64,000 nucleotides of DNA, from contig OZ024744.1 of the NCBI GenBank assembly GCA_964016885.1, positions 12,152,001 through 12,216,000 on the forward strand, in the 5' to 3' direction. The translations under genes and the position numbers were made by a program. The stretch's first letter is position 1. Every line of letters begins with the position of its first letter. Positions 43,990 to 59,249 of this stretch are shown piece by piece. Origin of the DNA: Eledone cirrhosa (lineage: Eukaryota). Under the pieces are notes generated by a model that saw only the letters and a program-made list of their open reading frames with translations, was not told the origin of the DNA and did not search any database.

Positions 43990-46900
43990 AACATACAACA
44001 TTCTACTTGACCATATAATGACTGTCTATAACATAAAACATTCTATGTGACCATCTAATTACGGTCTATAACATAAAACATTCTATTTGTCCATCTAATG
44101 ACGGTCTATAACATACAACATTCTATTTGACCATATAATGACGAATGTCTATAACATAAAACATTCTATGTGACCATCTAATGACGGTCTATAACAGAAA
44201 ACATTCTATTTGACCATCTAATGACTGTCTATAACATAAAACATTCTATTTGTCCATCTAATGAGGTCTATAATATAAAACATTCTATTCGACCATATAA
44301 TGACTGTCTATAACATAAAACATTCTATGTGACAATCTAATGACTGTCTATAACATAAAACATTCTTTTTATCCGTTTAATGAAGTCTATAACATAAAAC
44401 ATTCTATGTGACCATATAATGACTGTCTATAACATAAAACATTCTATTTTACCATCTAATGACTGTCTATAACATAAAACATTCTATTTGACCATCTAAT
44501 GACTGTCTATAACATAACACATTCTATTTCACCATCTAATGACTGTCTATAACATAAAACATTCTATTTGACCATCTAATGACTGTCTATAACATAAAGC
44601 ATTCTATGTGACAATCTAATCACTGTCTATAACATAAAACATTCTTTTTATCCGTCTAATGAAGTCTATAACATAAAACATTCTATTTGTCTATCTAATG
44701 ACGGTCTATAACATTAAACATTCTATTTCACCATCTAATGACTGTTTATAACATAAAACATTTTATGTGACAATCTAATGACTGTCTATAACATAAAACA
44801 TTCTATTTGACCATCTAATGACTGTCTATAACATAACACATTCTATTTCACCATCTAATGACTGTCTATAACATAAAACATTCTATGTGACCATCTAATG
44901 ACGGTCTATAACATAAAACATTCTATTTATCCATCTAATGACTGTCTATAACATGAAACATTCTATTTGTCCATCTAATGACGGTCTATAACATACAACA
45001 TTCTATTTGACCATATAATGACTGTCTATAACATAAAACATTCTATGTGACCATCTAATGACTGTCTATAACATAGAACATTCTATGTGACCATCTAATG
45101 ACAGTCTATAGCATGAAACATTCTATTTGACCATCAAATGGCTGTCTATAACATAAAACATTCTATTTGACCATCTAATGACTGTCTATAACATAACACA
45201 TTCTATTTCACCATCTAATGACGGTCTATAACATAAAACATCTATTTGTCCATCTAATGACGGTCTATAACATAAAACATTCTAAGTAACCATCTAATGA
45301 CAGTCTATAACATAAAACATTCTATTTGTCCATCTAATGACTGTCTATAACATGAAACATTCTATTTGTCCATCTAATGACTGTCTATAACATAAAACAT
45401 TCTATTTGTCCATCTAATGACGGTCTATTACATAAAACATACTATTTGACCATCTAATCACTGTCTATAACATAAAACATTCTATTTGTCCATCTAATGA
45501 CGGTCTATAACATAAAACATTCTATTTGACAATCTAATAACTGTCTATAACACAGAACATTCTATTTGACCATCTAATGACTGTCTATAACATAACAGAT
45601 TCTATTTCACCATCTAATGACTGACTAGAACGTAAAACATTCTTTTTAACCATCTAATGACGGTATATAGCATAAAACATTCTATCTGACCATCTAATGA
45701 CTGTCTATAACATAAAACATTCTATTTGTCCATCTAATGACTGTCTATAAGATAAAACATTCTATTTGTCCATCTAATGACGGTCTATAAGATAAAACAT
45801 TCTATTTGTCCATCTAATGACGGTCTATAACATAAAACATTCTATTTGACCATCTAATGACTGTCTATAACATAAAATATTCTATTTGACCATCTAATGA
45901 CGGTCTATAGCATAGAAAATTCTATTTGACCATCTAATGACTCTCTGTAACATAAAACATTTATTTGTCCATCTAATGACGGTCTATAACATAAAATATT
46001 CTGTTTGACCATCTAATCACTATCTATAACATAAAACATTCTATTTGTCCATCTAATGACGGTCTATAACATAAAACATTCTATTTCACCATCTAATGAC
46101 TGTCTATAACATAAAACATTCTATGTGACCATCTAATTACTGTCTATAACATACAACATTCTATTTTACCATCTAATGACGGTCTATAACATAAAACCTT
46201 CTATTTAACCATCTAATGACTGTCTATAACATAAAACATTCTATTTGTCCATCTAATGACTGTCTATAACATAAAACATTCTATTTGTCCATCTAATGAC
46301 GGCTATAACATAAAACATTCTATTTGTCCATATAACGACTGTCTATAACATAAAACATTCTATCTGACCATCTAATGACTGTCTATAACATAAAACATTC
46401 TATTTGTCCATCTAATGTCGGTCTATAACATAAAACATTATATTTGTCGATCTAATGACGGTCTATAACATTAAACATTCTATTTCACCATGTAATGACT
46501 GTCTATAACATAAAACATTCTATTTGACAATCTAATGACTGTCTATAACACAGAACATTCTATTTGACCATCTAATGACTGTCTATAACATAAAACATTC
46601 TATTTGACTATCTAATGACTGTCTATAATATAAAACATTCTATTTGACCATCTAATGACTGTCTATAACATAACAGATTCAATTTCACCATCTAATGACT
46701 GTCTATAACATAAAACATTCTATTTGTCCATCTAATGACGGTCTATAACATAAAACATTCTATTTGTCCATCTAATGACGGTCTATAACATACAACATTT
46801 TATTTGACCATATTATGACTGTCTATAACATAAAACATTCTATGTGACCATCTAATGACGGTCTATAACATAAAACATTCTATGTGACCATCTAATGACT

Positions 46901-49900
46901 GTCTATAACATAAAACATTCTATTTGTCTATCTAATGACGGTCTATAACATAAAACATTCTATTCGACCATATAATGACTGTCTATAACATAATCATTCT
47001 ATGTGACAATCTAATCACTGTCTATAACATAAAACATTCTTTTTATCCGTCTAATGAAGTCTATAACATAAAACATTCTATTTGTCTATCTAATGACGGT
47101 CTATAACATTAAACATTCTATTTCACCATCTAATGACTGTTTATAACATAAAATGTTCTATGTGACAATCTAATGACAGTCTATAACATAAAACATTCTA
47201 TTTGACCATCAAATGACTGTCTATAACATACAACATTCTATCTGACCATATAATGACTGTCTATAACAAAAAACGTTCTATGTGACCATCTAATTACGGT
47301 CTATAACATAAAACATTCTATTTGTCCATCTAATGACGGTCTATAACATACAACATTCTATTTGACCATATAATGACTGTCTATAACATAAAACATTCTA
47401 TGTGACCATCTAATGACGGTCTATAACAGAAAACATTCTATTTGACCATCTAATGACTGTCTATAACATAAAACATTCTATTTGTCCATCTAATGAGGTC
47501 TATAATATAAAACATTCTATTCGACCATATAATGACTGTCTATAACATAAAACATTCTATGTGACAATCTAATGACTGTCTATAACATAAAACATTCTTT
47601 TTATCCGTCTAATGAAGTCTATAACATAAAACATTCTATGTGACCATATAATGACTGTCTATAACATAAAACATTCTATTTTACCATCTAATGACTGTCT
47701 ATAACATAAAACATTCTATTTGACCATCTAATGACTGTCTATAACAAAACACATTCTATTTCACCATCTAATGACTGTCTATAACATAAAACATTCTATT
47801 TGACCATCTAATGACTGTCTATGACATAAAACATTCTATTTGACCATCTAATGACTGTCTATAACATAAAACATTCTATTTGACTATCTAATGAGTGTCT
47901 ATAACATAAAACATTCTACTTGACCATCTAATGACTCTCTATAACGTAGAACATTCTATGTGACCATCTAATGACTGTCTATAACATAAAATATTCTATT
48001 TGCCCATATAATGACTGTCTATAACATAAAACATTGTATGTGACCATCTAATGACGGTCTATAACATAAAACATTCTATTTGACCATCTAATGACTGTCT
48101 ATAACATAGAACATTCTATGTGACCATCTAATGACAGTCTATAACATGAAACATTCTATTTGACCATCAAATGGCTGTCTATAACATAAAACATTCTATT
48201 TGACCATCTAATGACTGTCTATAACATAACACATTCTATTTCACCATCTAATGACGGTCTATTACATAAAACATACTATTTGACCATCTAATCACTGTCT
48301 ATAACATAAAACATTCTATTTGTCCATCTAATGACGGTCTATAACATAAAACATTCTATTTGACAATCTAATAACTGTCTATAACACAGAACATTCTATT
48401 TGACCATCTAATGACTGTCTATAACATAACACATTCTATTTCACCATCTAATGACTGACTAGAACGTAAAACATTCTTTTTAACCATCTAATGACGGTAT
48501 ATAGCATAAAACATTCTATCTGACCATCTAATGACTGTCTATAACATAAAACATTCTATTTGTCCATCTAATGACTGTCTATAAGATAAAACATTCTATT
48601 TGTCCATCTAATGACGGTCTATAAGATAAAACATTCTATTTGTCCATCTAATGACGGTCTATAACATAAAACATTCTATTTGACCATCTAATGACTGTCT
48701 ATAACATAAAATATTCTATTTGACCATCTAATGACGGTTTATAGCATAAAAAATTCTATTTGACCATCTAATGACTCTCTGTAACATAAAACATTTATTT
48801 GTCCATCTAATGACGGTCTATAACATAAAATATTCTATTTGACCATCTAATCACTATCTATAACATAAAACATTCTATTTGTCCATCTAATGACGGTCTA
48901 TAACATAAAACATTCTATTTCACCATCTAATGACTGTCTATAACATAGAACATTCTATGTGACCATCTAATTACTGTCTATAACATACAACATTCTATTT
49001 TACCATTTAATGACGGTCTATAACATAAAACCTTCTATTTAACCATCTAATGACTGTCTATAACATAAAACATTCTATTTGTCCATCTAATGACTGTCTA
49101 TAACATAAAACATTCTATTTGTCCATCTAATGACGGCTATAACATACAACATTCTACTTGACCATATAATGACTGTCTATAACATAAAACATTCTATGTG
49201 ACCATCTAATTACGGTCTATAACATAAAACATTCTATTTGTCCATCTAATGACGGTCTATAACATACAACATTCTATTTGACCATATAATGACGAATGTC
49301 TATAACATAAAACATTCTATGTGACCATCTAATGACGGTCTATAACAGAAAACATTCTATTTGACCATCTAATGACTGTCTATAACATAAAACATTCTAT
49401 TCGTCCATCTAATGAGGTCTATAATATAAAACATTCTATTCGACCATATAATGACTGTCTATAACATAAAACATTCTATGTGACAATCTAATGACTGTCT
49501 ATAACATAAAACATTCTTTTTATCCGTTTAATGAAGTCTATAACATAAAACATTCTATGTGACCATATAATGACTGTCTATAACAAAAAACATTCTATTT
49601 TACCATCTAATGACTGTCTATAACATAAAACATTCTATTTGACCATCTAATGACTGTCTATAACATAACACATTCTATTTCACCATCTAATGACTGTCTA
49701 TAACATAAAACATTCTATTTGACCATCTAATGACTGTCTATAACATAAAACATTCTATGTGACAATCTAATCACTGTCTATAACATAAAACATTCTTTTT
49801 ATCCGTCTAATGAAGTCTATAACATAAAACATTCTATTTGTCTATCTAATGACGGTCTATAACATTAAACATTCTATTTCACCATCTAATGACTGTTTAT

Positions 49901-52900
49901 AACATAAAACATTTTATGTGACAATCTAATGACTGTCTATAACATAAAACATTCTATTTGACCATCTAATGACTGTCTATACCATAACACATTCTATTTC
50001 ACCATCTAATGACTGTCTATAACATAAAACATTCTATGTGACCATCTAATGACGGTCTATAACATAAAACATTCTATTTGTCCATCTAATGACTGTCTAT
50101 AACATGAAACATTCTATTTGTCCATCTAATGACGGTCTATAACATACAACATTCTATTTGACCATATAATGACTGTCTATAACATAAAACATTCTATGTG
50201 ACCATCTAATGACTGTCTATAACATAGAACATTCTATGTGACCATCTAATGACAGTCTATAGCATGAAACATTCTATTTGACCATCAAATGGCTGTCTAT
50301 AACATAAAACGTTCTATTTGACCATCTAATGACTGTCTATAACATAACACATTCTATTTCACCATCTAATGACGGTCTATAACATAAAACATCTATTTGT
50401 CCATCTAATGACGGTCTATAACATAAAACATTCTAAGTAACCATCTAATGACAGTCTATAACATAAAACATTCTATTTGTCCATCTAATGACTGTCTATA
50501 ACATGAAACATTCTATTTGTCCATCTAATGACTGTCTATAACATAAACATTCTATTTGTCCATCTAATGACGGTCTATTACATAAAACATACTATTTGAC
50601 CATCTAATCACTGTCTATAACATAAAACATTCTATTTGTCCATCTAATGACGGTCTATAACATAAAACATTCTATTTGACAATCTAATAACTGTCTATAA
50701 CACAGAACATTCTATTTGACCATCTAATGACTGTCTATAACATAACAGATTCTATTTCACCATCTAATGACTGACTAGAACGTAAAACATTCTTTTTAAC
50801 CATCTAATGACGGTATATAGCATAAAACATTCTATCTGACCATCTAATGACTGTCTATAACATAAAACATTCTATTTGTCCATCTAATGACTGTCTATAA
50901 GATAAAACATTCTATTTGTCCATCTAATGACGGTCTATAAGATAAAACATTCTATTTGTCCATCTAATGACGGTCTATAACATAAAACATTCTATTTGAC
51001 CATCTAATGACTGTCTATAACATAAAATATTCTATTTGACCATCTAATGACGGTCTATAGCATAAAAAATTCTATTTGACCATCTAATGACTCTCTGTAA
51101 CATAAAACATTTATTTGTCCATCTAATGACGGTCTATAACATAAAATATTCTATTTGACCATCTAATCACTATCTATAACATAAAACATTCTATTTGTCC
51201 ATCTAATGACGGTCTATAACATAAAACATTCTATTTCACCATCTAATGACTGTCTATAACATAAAACATTCTATGTGACCATCTAATTACTGTCTATAAC
51301 ATACAACATTCTATTTTACCATCTAATGACGGTCTATAACATAAAACCTTCTATTTAACCATCTAATGACTGTCTATAACATAAAACATTCTATTTGTCC
51401 ATCTAATGACTGTCTATAACATGAAACATTCTATTTGTCCATCTAATGACGGCTATAACATAAAACATTCTATTTGTCCATATAACGACTGTCTATAACA
51501 TAAAACATTCTATCTGACCATCTAATGACTGTCTATAACATAAAACATTCTATTTGTCCATCTAATGTCGGTCTATAACATAAAACATTATATTTGTCGA
51601 TCTAATGACGGTCTATAACATTAAACATTCTATTTCACCATGTAATGACTGTCTATAACATAAAACATTCTATTTGACAATCTAATGACTGTCTATAACA
51701 CAGAACATTCTATTTGACCATCTAATGACTGTCTATAACATAAAACATTCTATTTGACTATCTAATGACTGTCTATAATATAAAACATTCTATTTGACCA
51801 TCTAATGACTGTCTATAACATAACAGATTCAACTTCACCATCTAATGACTGTCTATAACATAAAACATTCTATTTGTCCATCTAATGACGGTCTATAAGA
51901 TAAAACATTCTATTTGTCCATCTAATGACGGTCTATAACATAAAACATTCTATTTGTCCATCTAATGACGGTCTATAACATACAACATTTTATTTGACCA
52001 TATTATGACTGTCTATAACATAAAACATTCTATGTGACCATCTAATGACGGTCTATAACATAAAACATTCTATGTGACCATCTAATGACTGTCTATAACA
52101 TAAAACATTCTATTTGTCTATCTAATGACGGTCTATAACATAAAACATTCTATTCGACCATATAATGACTGTCTATAACATAATCATTCTATGTGACAAT
52201 CTAATCACTGTCTATAACATAAAACATTCTTTTTATCCGTCTAATGAAGTCTATAACATAAAACATTCTATTTGTCTATCTAATGACGGTCTATAACATT
52301 AAACATTCTATTTCACCATCTAATGACTGTTTATAACATAAAACATTCTATGTGACAATCTAATGACAGTCTATAACATAAAACATTCTATTTGACCATC
52401 AAATGACTGTCTATAACATACAACATTCTACCTGACCATATAATGACTGTCTATAACATAAAACGTTCTATGTGACCATCTAATTACGGTCTATAACATA
52501 AAACATTCTATTTGTCCATCTAATGACGGTCTATAACATACAACATTCTATTTGACCATATAATGACTGTCTATAACATAAAACATTCTATGTGACCATC
52601 TAATGACGGTCTATAACAGAAAACATTCTATTTGACCATCTAATGACTGTCTATAACATAAAACATTCTATTTGTCCATCTAATGAGGTCTATAATATAA
52701 AACATTCTATTCGACCATATAATGACTGTCTATAACAGAAAACATTCTATTTGACCATCTAATGACGGTCTATAACAGAAAACATTCTATTTGACCATCT
52801 AATGACTGTCTATAACATAAAACATTCTATTTGTCCATCTAATGAGGTCTATAATATAAAACATTCTATTCGACCATATAATGACTGTCTATAACATAAA

Positions 52901-55900
52901 ACATTCTATGTGACAATCTAATGACTGTCTATAACATAAAACATTCTTTTTATCCGTCTAATGAAGTCTATAACATAAAACATTCTATGTGACCATATAA
53001 TGACTGTCTATAACATAAAACATTCTATTTTACCATCTAATGACTGTCTATAACATAAAACATTCTATTTGACCATCTAATGACTGTCTATAACAAAACA
53101 CATTCTATTTCACCATCTAATGACTGTCTATAACATAAAACATTCTATTTGACCATCTAATGACTGTCTATGACATAAAACATTCTATTTGACCATCTAA
53201 TGACTGTCTATAACATAAAACATTCTATTTGACTATCTAATGAGTGTCTATAACATAAAACATTCTACTTGACCATCTAATGACTCTCTATAACGTAGAA
53301 CATTCTATGTGACCATCTAATGACTGTCTATAACATAAAATATTCTATTTGCCCATATAATGACTGTCTATAACATAAAACATTGTATGTGACCATCTAA
53401 TGACGGTCTATAACATAAAACATTCTATTTGACCATCTAATGACAGTCTATAACATGAAACATTCTATTTGACCATCAAATGGCTGTCTATAACATAAAA
53501 CATTCTATTTGACCATCTAATGACTGTCTATAACATAACACATTCTATTTCACCATCTAATGACGGTCTATTACATAAAACATACTATTTGACCATCTAA
53601 TCACTGTCTATAACATAAAACATTCTATTTGTCCATCTAATGACGGTCTATAACATAAAACATTCTATTTGACAATCTAATAACTGTCTATAACACAGAA
53701 CATTCTATTTGACCATCTAATGACTGTCTATAACATAACAGATTCTATTTCACCATCTAATGACTGACTAGAACGTAAAACATTCTTTTTAACCATCTAA
53801 TGACGGTATATAGCATAAAACATTCTATCTGACCATCTAATGACTGTCTATAACATAAAACATTCTATTTGTCCATCTAATGACTGTCTATAAGATAAAA
53901 CATTCTATTTGTCCATCTAATGACGGTCTATAAGATAAAACATTCTATTTGTCCATCTAATGACGGTCTATAACATAAAACATTCTATTTGACCATCTAA
54001 TGACTGTCTATAACATAAAATATTCTATTTGACCATCTAATGACGGTTTATAGCATAAAAAATTCTATTTGACCATCTAATGACTCTCTGTAACATAAAA
54101 CATTTATTTGTCCATCTAATGACGGTCTATAACATAAAATATTCTATTTGACCATCTAATCACTATCTATAACATAAAACATTCTATTTGTCCATCTAAT
54201 GACGGTCTATAACATAAAACATTCTATTTCACCATCTAATGACTGTCTATAACATAAAACATTCTATGTGACCATCTAATTACTGTCTATAACATACAAC
54301 ATTCTATTTTACCATTTAATGACGGTCTATAACATAAAACCTTCTATTTAACCATCTAATGACTGTCTATAACATAAAACATTCTATTTGTCCATCTAAT
54401 GACTGTCTATAACATAAAACATTCTATTTGTCCATCTAATGACGGCTATAACATACAACATTCTACTTGACCATATAATGACTGTCTATAACATAAAACA
54501 TTCTATGTGACCATCTAATTACGGTCTATAACATAAAACATTCTATTTGTCCATCTAATGACGGTCTATAACATACAACATTCTATTTGACCATATAATG
54601 ACGAATGTCTATAACATAAAACATTCTATGTGACCATCTAATGACGGTCTATAACAGAAAACATTCTATTTGACCATCTAATGACTGTCTATAACATAAA
54701 ACATTCTATTCGTCCATCTAATGAGGTCTATAATATAAAACATTCTATTCGACCATATAATGACTGTCTATAACATAAAACATTCTATGTGACAATCTAA
54801 TGACTGTCTATAACATAAAACATTCTTTTTATCCGTTTAATGAAGTCTATAACATAAAACATTCTATGTGACCATATAATGACTGTCTATAACAAAAAAC
54901 ATTCTATTTTACCATCTAATGACTGTCTATAACATAAAACATTCTATTTGACCATCTAATGACTGTCTATAACATAACACATTCTATTTCACCATCTAAT
55001 GACTGTCTATAACATAAAACATTCTATTTGACCATCTAATGACTGTCTATAACATAAAACATTCTATGTGACAATCTAATCACTGTCTATAACATAAAAC
55101 ATTCTTTTTATCCGTCTAATGAAGTCTATAACATAAAACATTCTATTTGTCTATCTAATGACGGTCTATAACATTAAACATTCTATTTCACCATCTAATG
55201 ACTGTTTATAACATAAAACATTTTATGTGACAATCTAATGACTGTCTATAACATAAAACATTCTATTTGACCATCTAATGACTGTCTATACCATAACACA
55301 TTCTATTTCACCATCTAATGACTGTCTATAACATAAAACATTCTATGTGACCATCTAATGACGGTCTATAACATAAAACATTCTATTTGTCCATCTAATG
55401 ACTGTCTATAACATGAAACATTCTATTTGTCCATCTAATGACGGTCTATAACATACAACATTCTATTTGACCATATAATGACTGTCTATAACATAAAACA
55501 TTCTATGTGACCATCTAATGACTGTCTATAACATAGAACATTCTATGTGACCATCTAATGACAGTCTATAGCATGAAACATTCTATTTGACCATCAAATG
55601 GCTGTCTATAACATAAAACGTTCTATTTGACCATCTAATGACTGTCTATAACATAACACATTCTATTTCACCATCTAATGACGGTCTATAACATAAAACA
55701 TCTATTTGTCCATCTAATGACGGTCTATAACATAAAACATTCTAAGTAACCATCTAATGACAGTCTATAACATAAAACATTCTATTTGTCCATCTAATGA
55801 CTGTCTATAACATGAAACATTCTATTTGTCCATCTAATGACTGTCTATAACATAAACATTCTATTTGTCCATCTAATGACGGTCTATTACATAAAACATA

Positions 55901-58750
55901 CTATTTGACCATCTAATCACTGTCTATAACATAAAACATTCTATTTGTCCATCTAATGACGGTCTATAACATAAAACATTCTATTTGACAATCTAATAAC
56001 TGTCTATAACACAGAACATTCTATTTGACCATCTAATGACTGTCTATAACATAACAGATTCTATTTCACCATCTAATGACTGACTAGAACGTAAAACATT
56101 CTTTTTAACCATCTAATGACGGTATATAGCATAAAACATTCTATCTGACCATCTAATGACTGTCTATAACATAAAACATTCTATTTGTCCATCTAATGAC
56201 TGTCTATAAGATAAAACATTCTATTTGTCCATCTAATGACGGTCTATAAGATAAAACATTCTATTTGTCCATCTAATGACGGTCTATAACATAAAACATT
56301 CTATTTGACCATCTAATGACTGTCTATAACATAAAATATTCTATTTGACCATCTAATGACGGTCTATAGCATAAAAAATTCTATTTGACCATCTAATGAC
56401 TCTCTGTAACATAAAACATTTATTTGTCCATCTAATGACGGTCTATAACATAAAATATTCTATTTGACCATCTAATCACTATCTATAACATAAAACATTC
56501 TATTTGTCCATCTAATGACGGTCTATAACATAAAACATTCTATTTCACCATCTAATGACTGTCTATAACATAAAACATTCTATGTGACCATCTAATTACT
56601 GTCTATAACATACAACATTCTATTTTACCATCTAATGACGGTCTATAACATAAAACCTTCTATTTAACCATCTAATGACTGTCTATAACATAAAACATTC
56701 TATTTGTCCATCTAATGACTGTCTATAACATGAAACATTCTATTTGTCCATCTAATGACGGCTATAACATAAAACATTCTATTTGTCCATATAACGACTG
56801 TCTATAACATAAAACATTCTATCTGACCATCTAATGACTGTCTATAACATAAAACATTCTATTTGTCCATCTAATGTCGGTCTATAACATAAAACATTAT
56901 ATTTGTCGATCTAATGACGGTCTATAACATTAAACATTCTATTTCACCATGTAATGACTGTCTATAACATAAAACATTCTATTTGACAATCTAATGACTG
57001 TCTATAACACAGAACATTCTATTTGACCATCTAATGACTGTCTATAACATAAAACATTCTATTTGACTATCTAATGACTGTCTATAATATAAAACATTCT
57101 ATTTGACCATCTAATGACTGTCTATAACATAACAGATTCAACTTCACCATCTAATGACTGTCTATAACATAAAACATTCTATTTGTCCATCTAATGACGG
57201 TCTATAAGATAAAACATTCTATTTGTCCATCTAATGACGGTCTATAACATAAAACATTCTATTTGTCCATCTAATGACGGTCTATAACATACAACATTTT
57301 ATTTGACCATATTATGACTGTCTATAACATAAAACATTCTATGTGACCATCTAATGACGGTCTATAACATAAAACATTCTATGTGACCATCTAATGACTG
57401 TCTATAACATAAAACATTCTATTTGTCTATCTAATGACGGTCTATAACATAAAACATTCTATTCGACCATATAATGACTGTCTATAACATAATCATTCTA
57501 TGTGACAATCTAATCACTGTCTATAACATAAAACATTCTTTTTATCCGTCTAATGAAGTCTATAACATAAAACATTCTATTTGTCTATCTAATGACGGTC
57601 TATAACATTAAACATTCTATTTCACCATCTAATGACTGTTTATAACATAAAACATTCTATGTGACAATCTAATGACAGTCTATAACATAAAACATTCTAT
57701 TTGACCATCAAATGACTGTCTATAACATACAACATTCTACCTGACCATATAATGACTGTCTATAACATAAAACGTTCTATGTGACCATCTAATTACGGTC
57801 TATAACATAAAACATTCTATTTGTCCATCTAATGACGGTCTATAACATACAACATTCTATTTGACCATATAATGACTGTCTATAACATAAAACATTCTAT
57901 GTGACCATCTAATGACGGTCTATAACAGAAAACATTCTATTTGACCATCTAATGACTGTCTATAACATAAAACATTCTATTTGTCCATCTAATGAGGTCT
58001 ATAATATAAAACATTCTATTCGACCATATAATGACTGTCTATAACATAAAACATTCTATGTGACAATCTAATGACCGTCTATAACATAAAACATTCTTTT
58101 TATCCGTCTAATGAAGTCTATAACATAAAACATTCTATGTGACCATATAATGACTGTCTATAACATAAAACATTCTATTTTACCATCTAATGACTGTCTA
58201 TAACATAAAACATTCTATTTGACCATCTAATGACTGTCTATAACATAACACATTCTATGTGACCATCTAATGACTGTCTATAACATAAAACATTCTATTT
58301 GACCATCTAATGACTGTCTATGACATAAAACATTCTATTTGACCATCTAATGACTGTCTATAACATAAAACATTCTATTTGACTATCTAATGAGTGTCTA
58401 TAACATAAAACATTCTACTTGACCATCTAATGACTCTCTATAACGTAGAACATTCTATGTGACCATCTAATGACTGTCTATAACATAAAATATTCTATTT
58501 GACCATATAATGACTGTCTATAACATAAAACATTGTATGTGACCATCTAATGACGGTCTATAACATAAAACATTCTATTTGACCATCTAATGACTGTCTA
58601 TAACATAGAACATTCTATGTGACCATCTAATGACAGTCTATAACATGAAACATTCTATTTGACCATCAAATGGCTGTCTATAACATAAAACATTCTATTT
58701 GACCATCTAATGACTGTCTATAACATAACACATTCTATTTCACCATCTAA
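43990..58750. repeat. Approximately 5.2-5.3 kb higher-order repeat, about three copies (periods 5151-5190 and 5309 bp)
   Basis: ACGAATGTC occurs at 44141/49292/54601, ATCCGTTTAA at 44371/49522/54831 and TAATCATTCT at 46991/52181/57490. TCGTCC 49401/54710 and AACTTCACC 51831/57140 are offset by 5309. Confidence 0.92.
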
Positions 58751-59249
58751 TGACGGTCTATAACATAAAGCATCTATTTGTCCATCTAATGACGGTCTAT
58801 AATATAAAACATTCTAAGTGACCATCTAATGACAGTCTATAACATAAAACATTCTATTTGTCCATCTAATGACTGTCTATAATATGAAACATTCTATTTG
58901 TCCATCTAATGACGGTATATAGCATAAAACATTCTATCTGACCATCTAATGACTGTCTATAACATAAAACATTCTATTTGTCCATCTAATGACTGTCTAT
59001 ATGATAAAATATTCTATTTGTCCATCTAATGACGGTCTATAACATAAAACATTCTATTTGACCATCTAATGACTGTCTATAACATAAAATATTCTATTTG
59101 ACCATCTAATGACGGTCTATAGCATAAAAAATTCTATTTGACCATCTAATGACTCTCTGTAACATAAAACATTTATTTGTCCATCTAATGACGGTCTATA
59201 ACATAAAATATTCTTTTTGACCATCTAATCACTATCTATAACATAAAAC

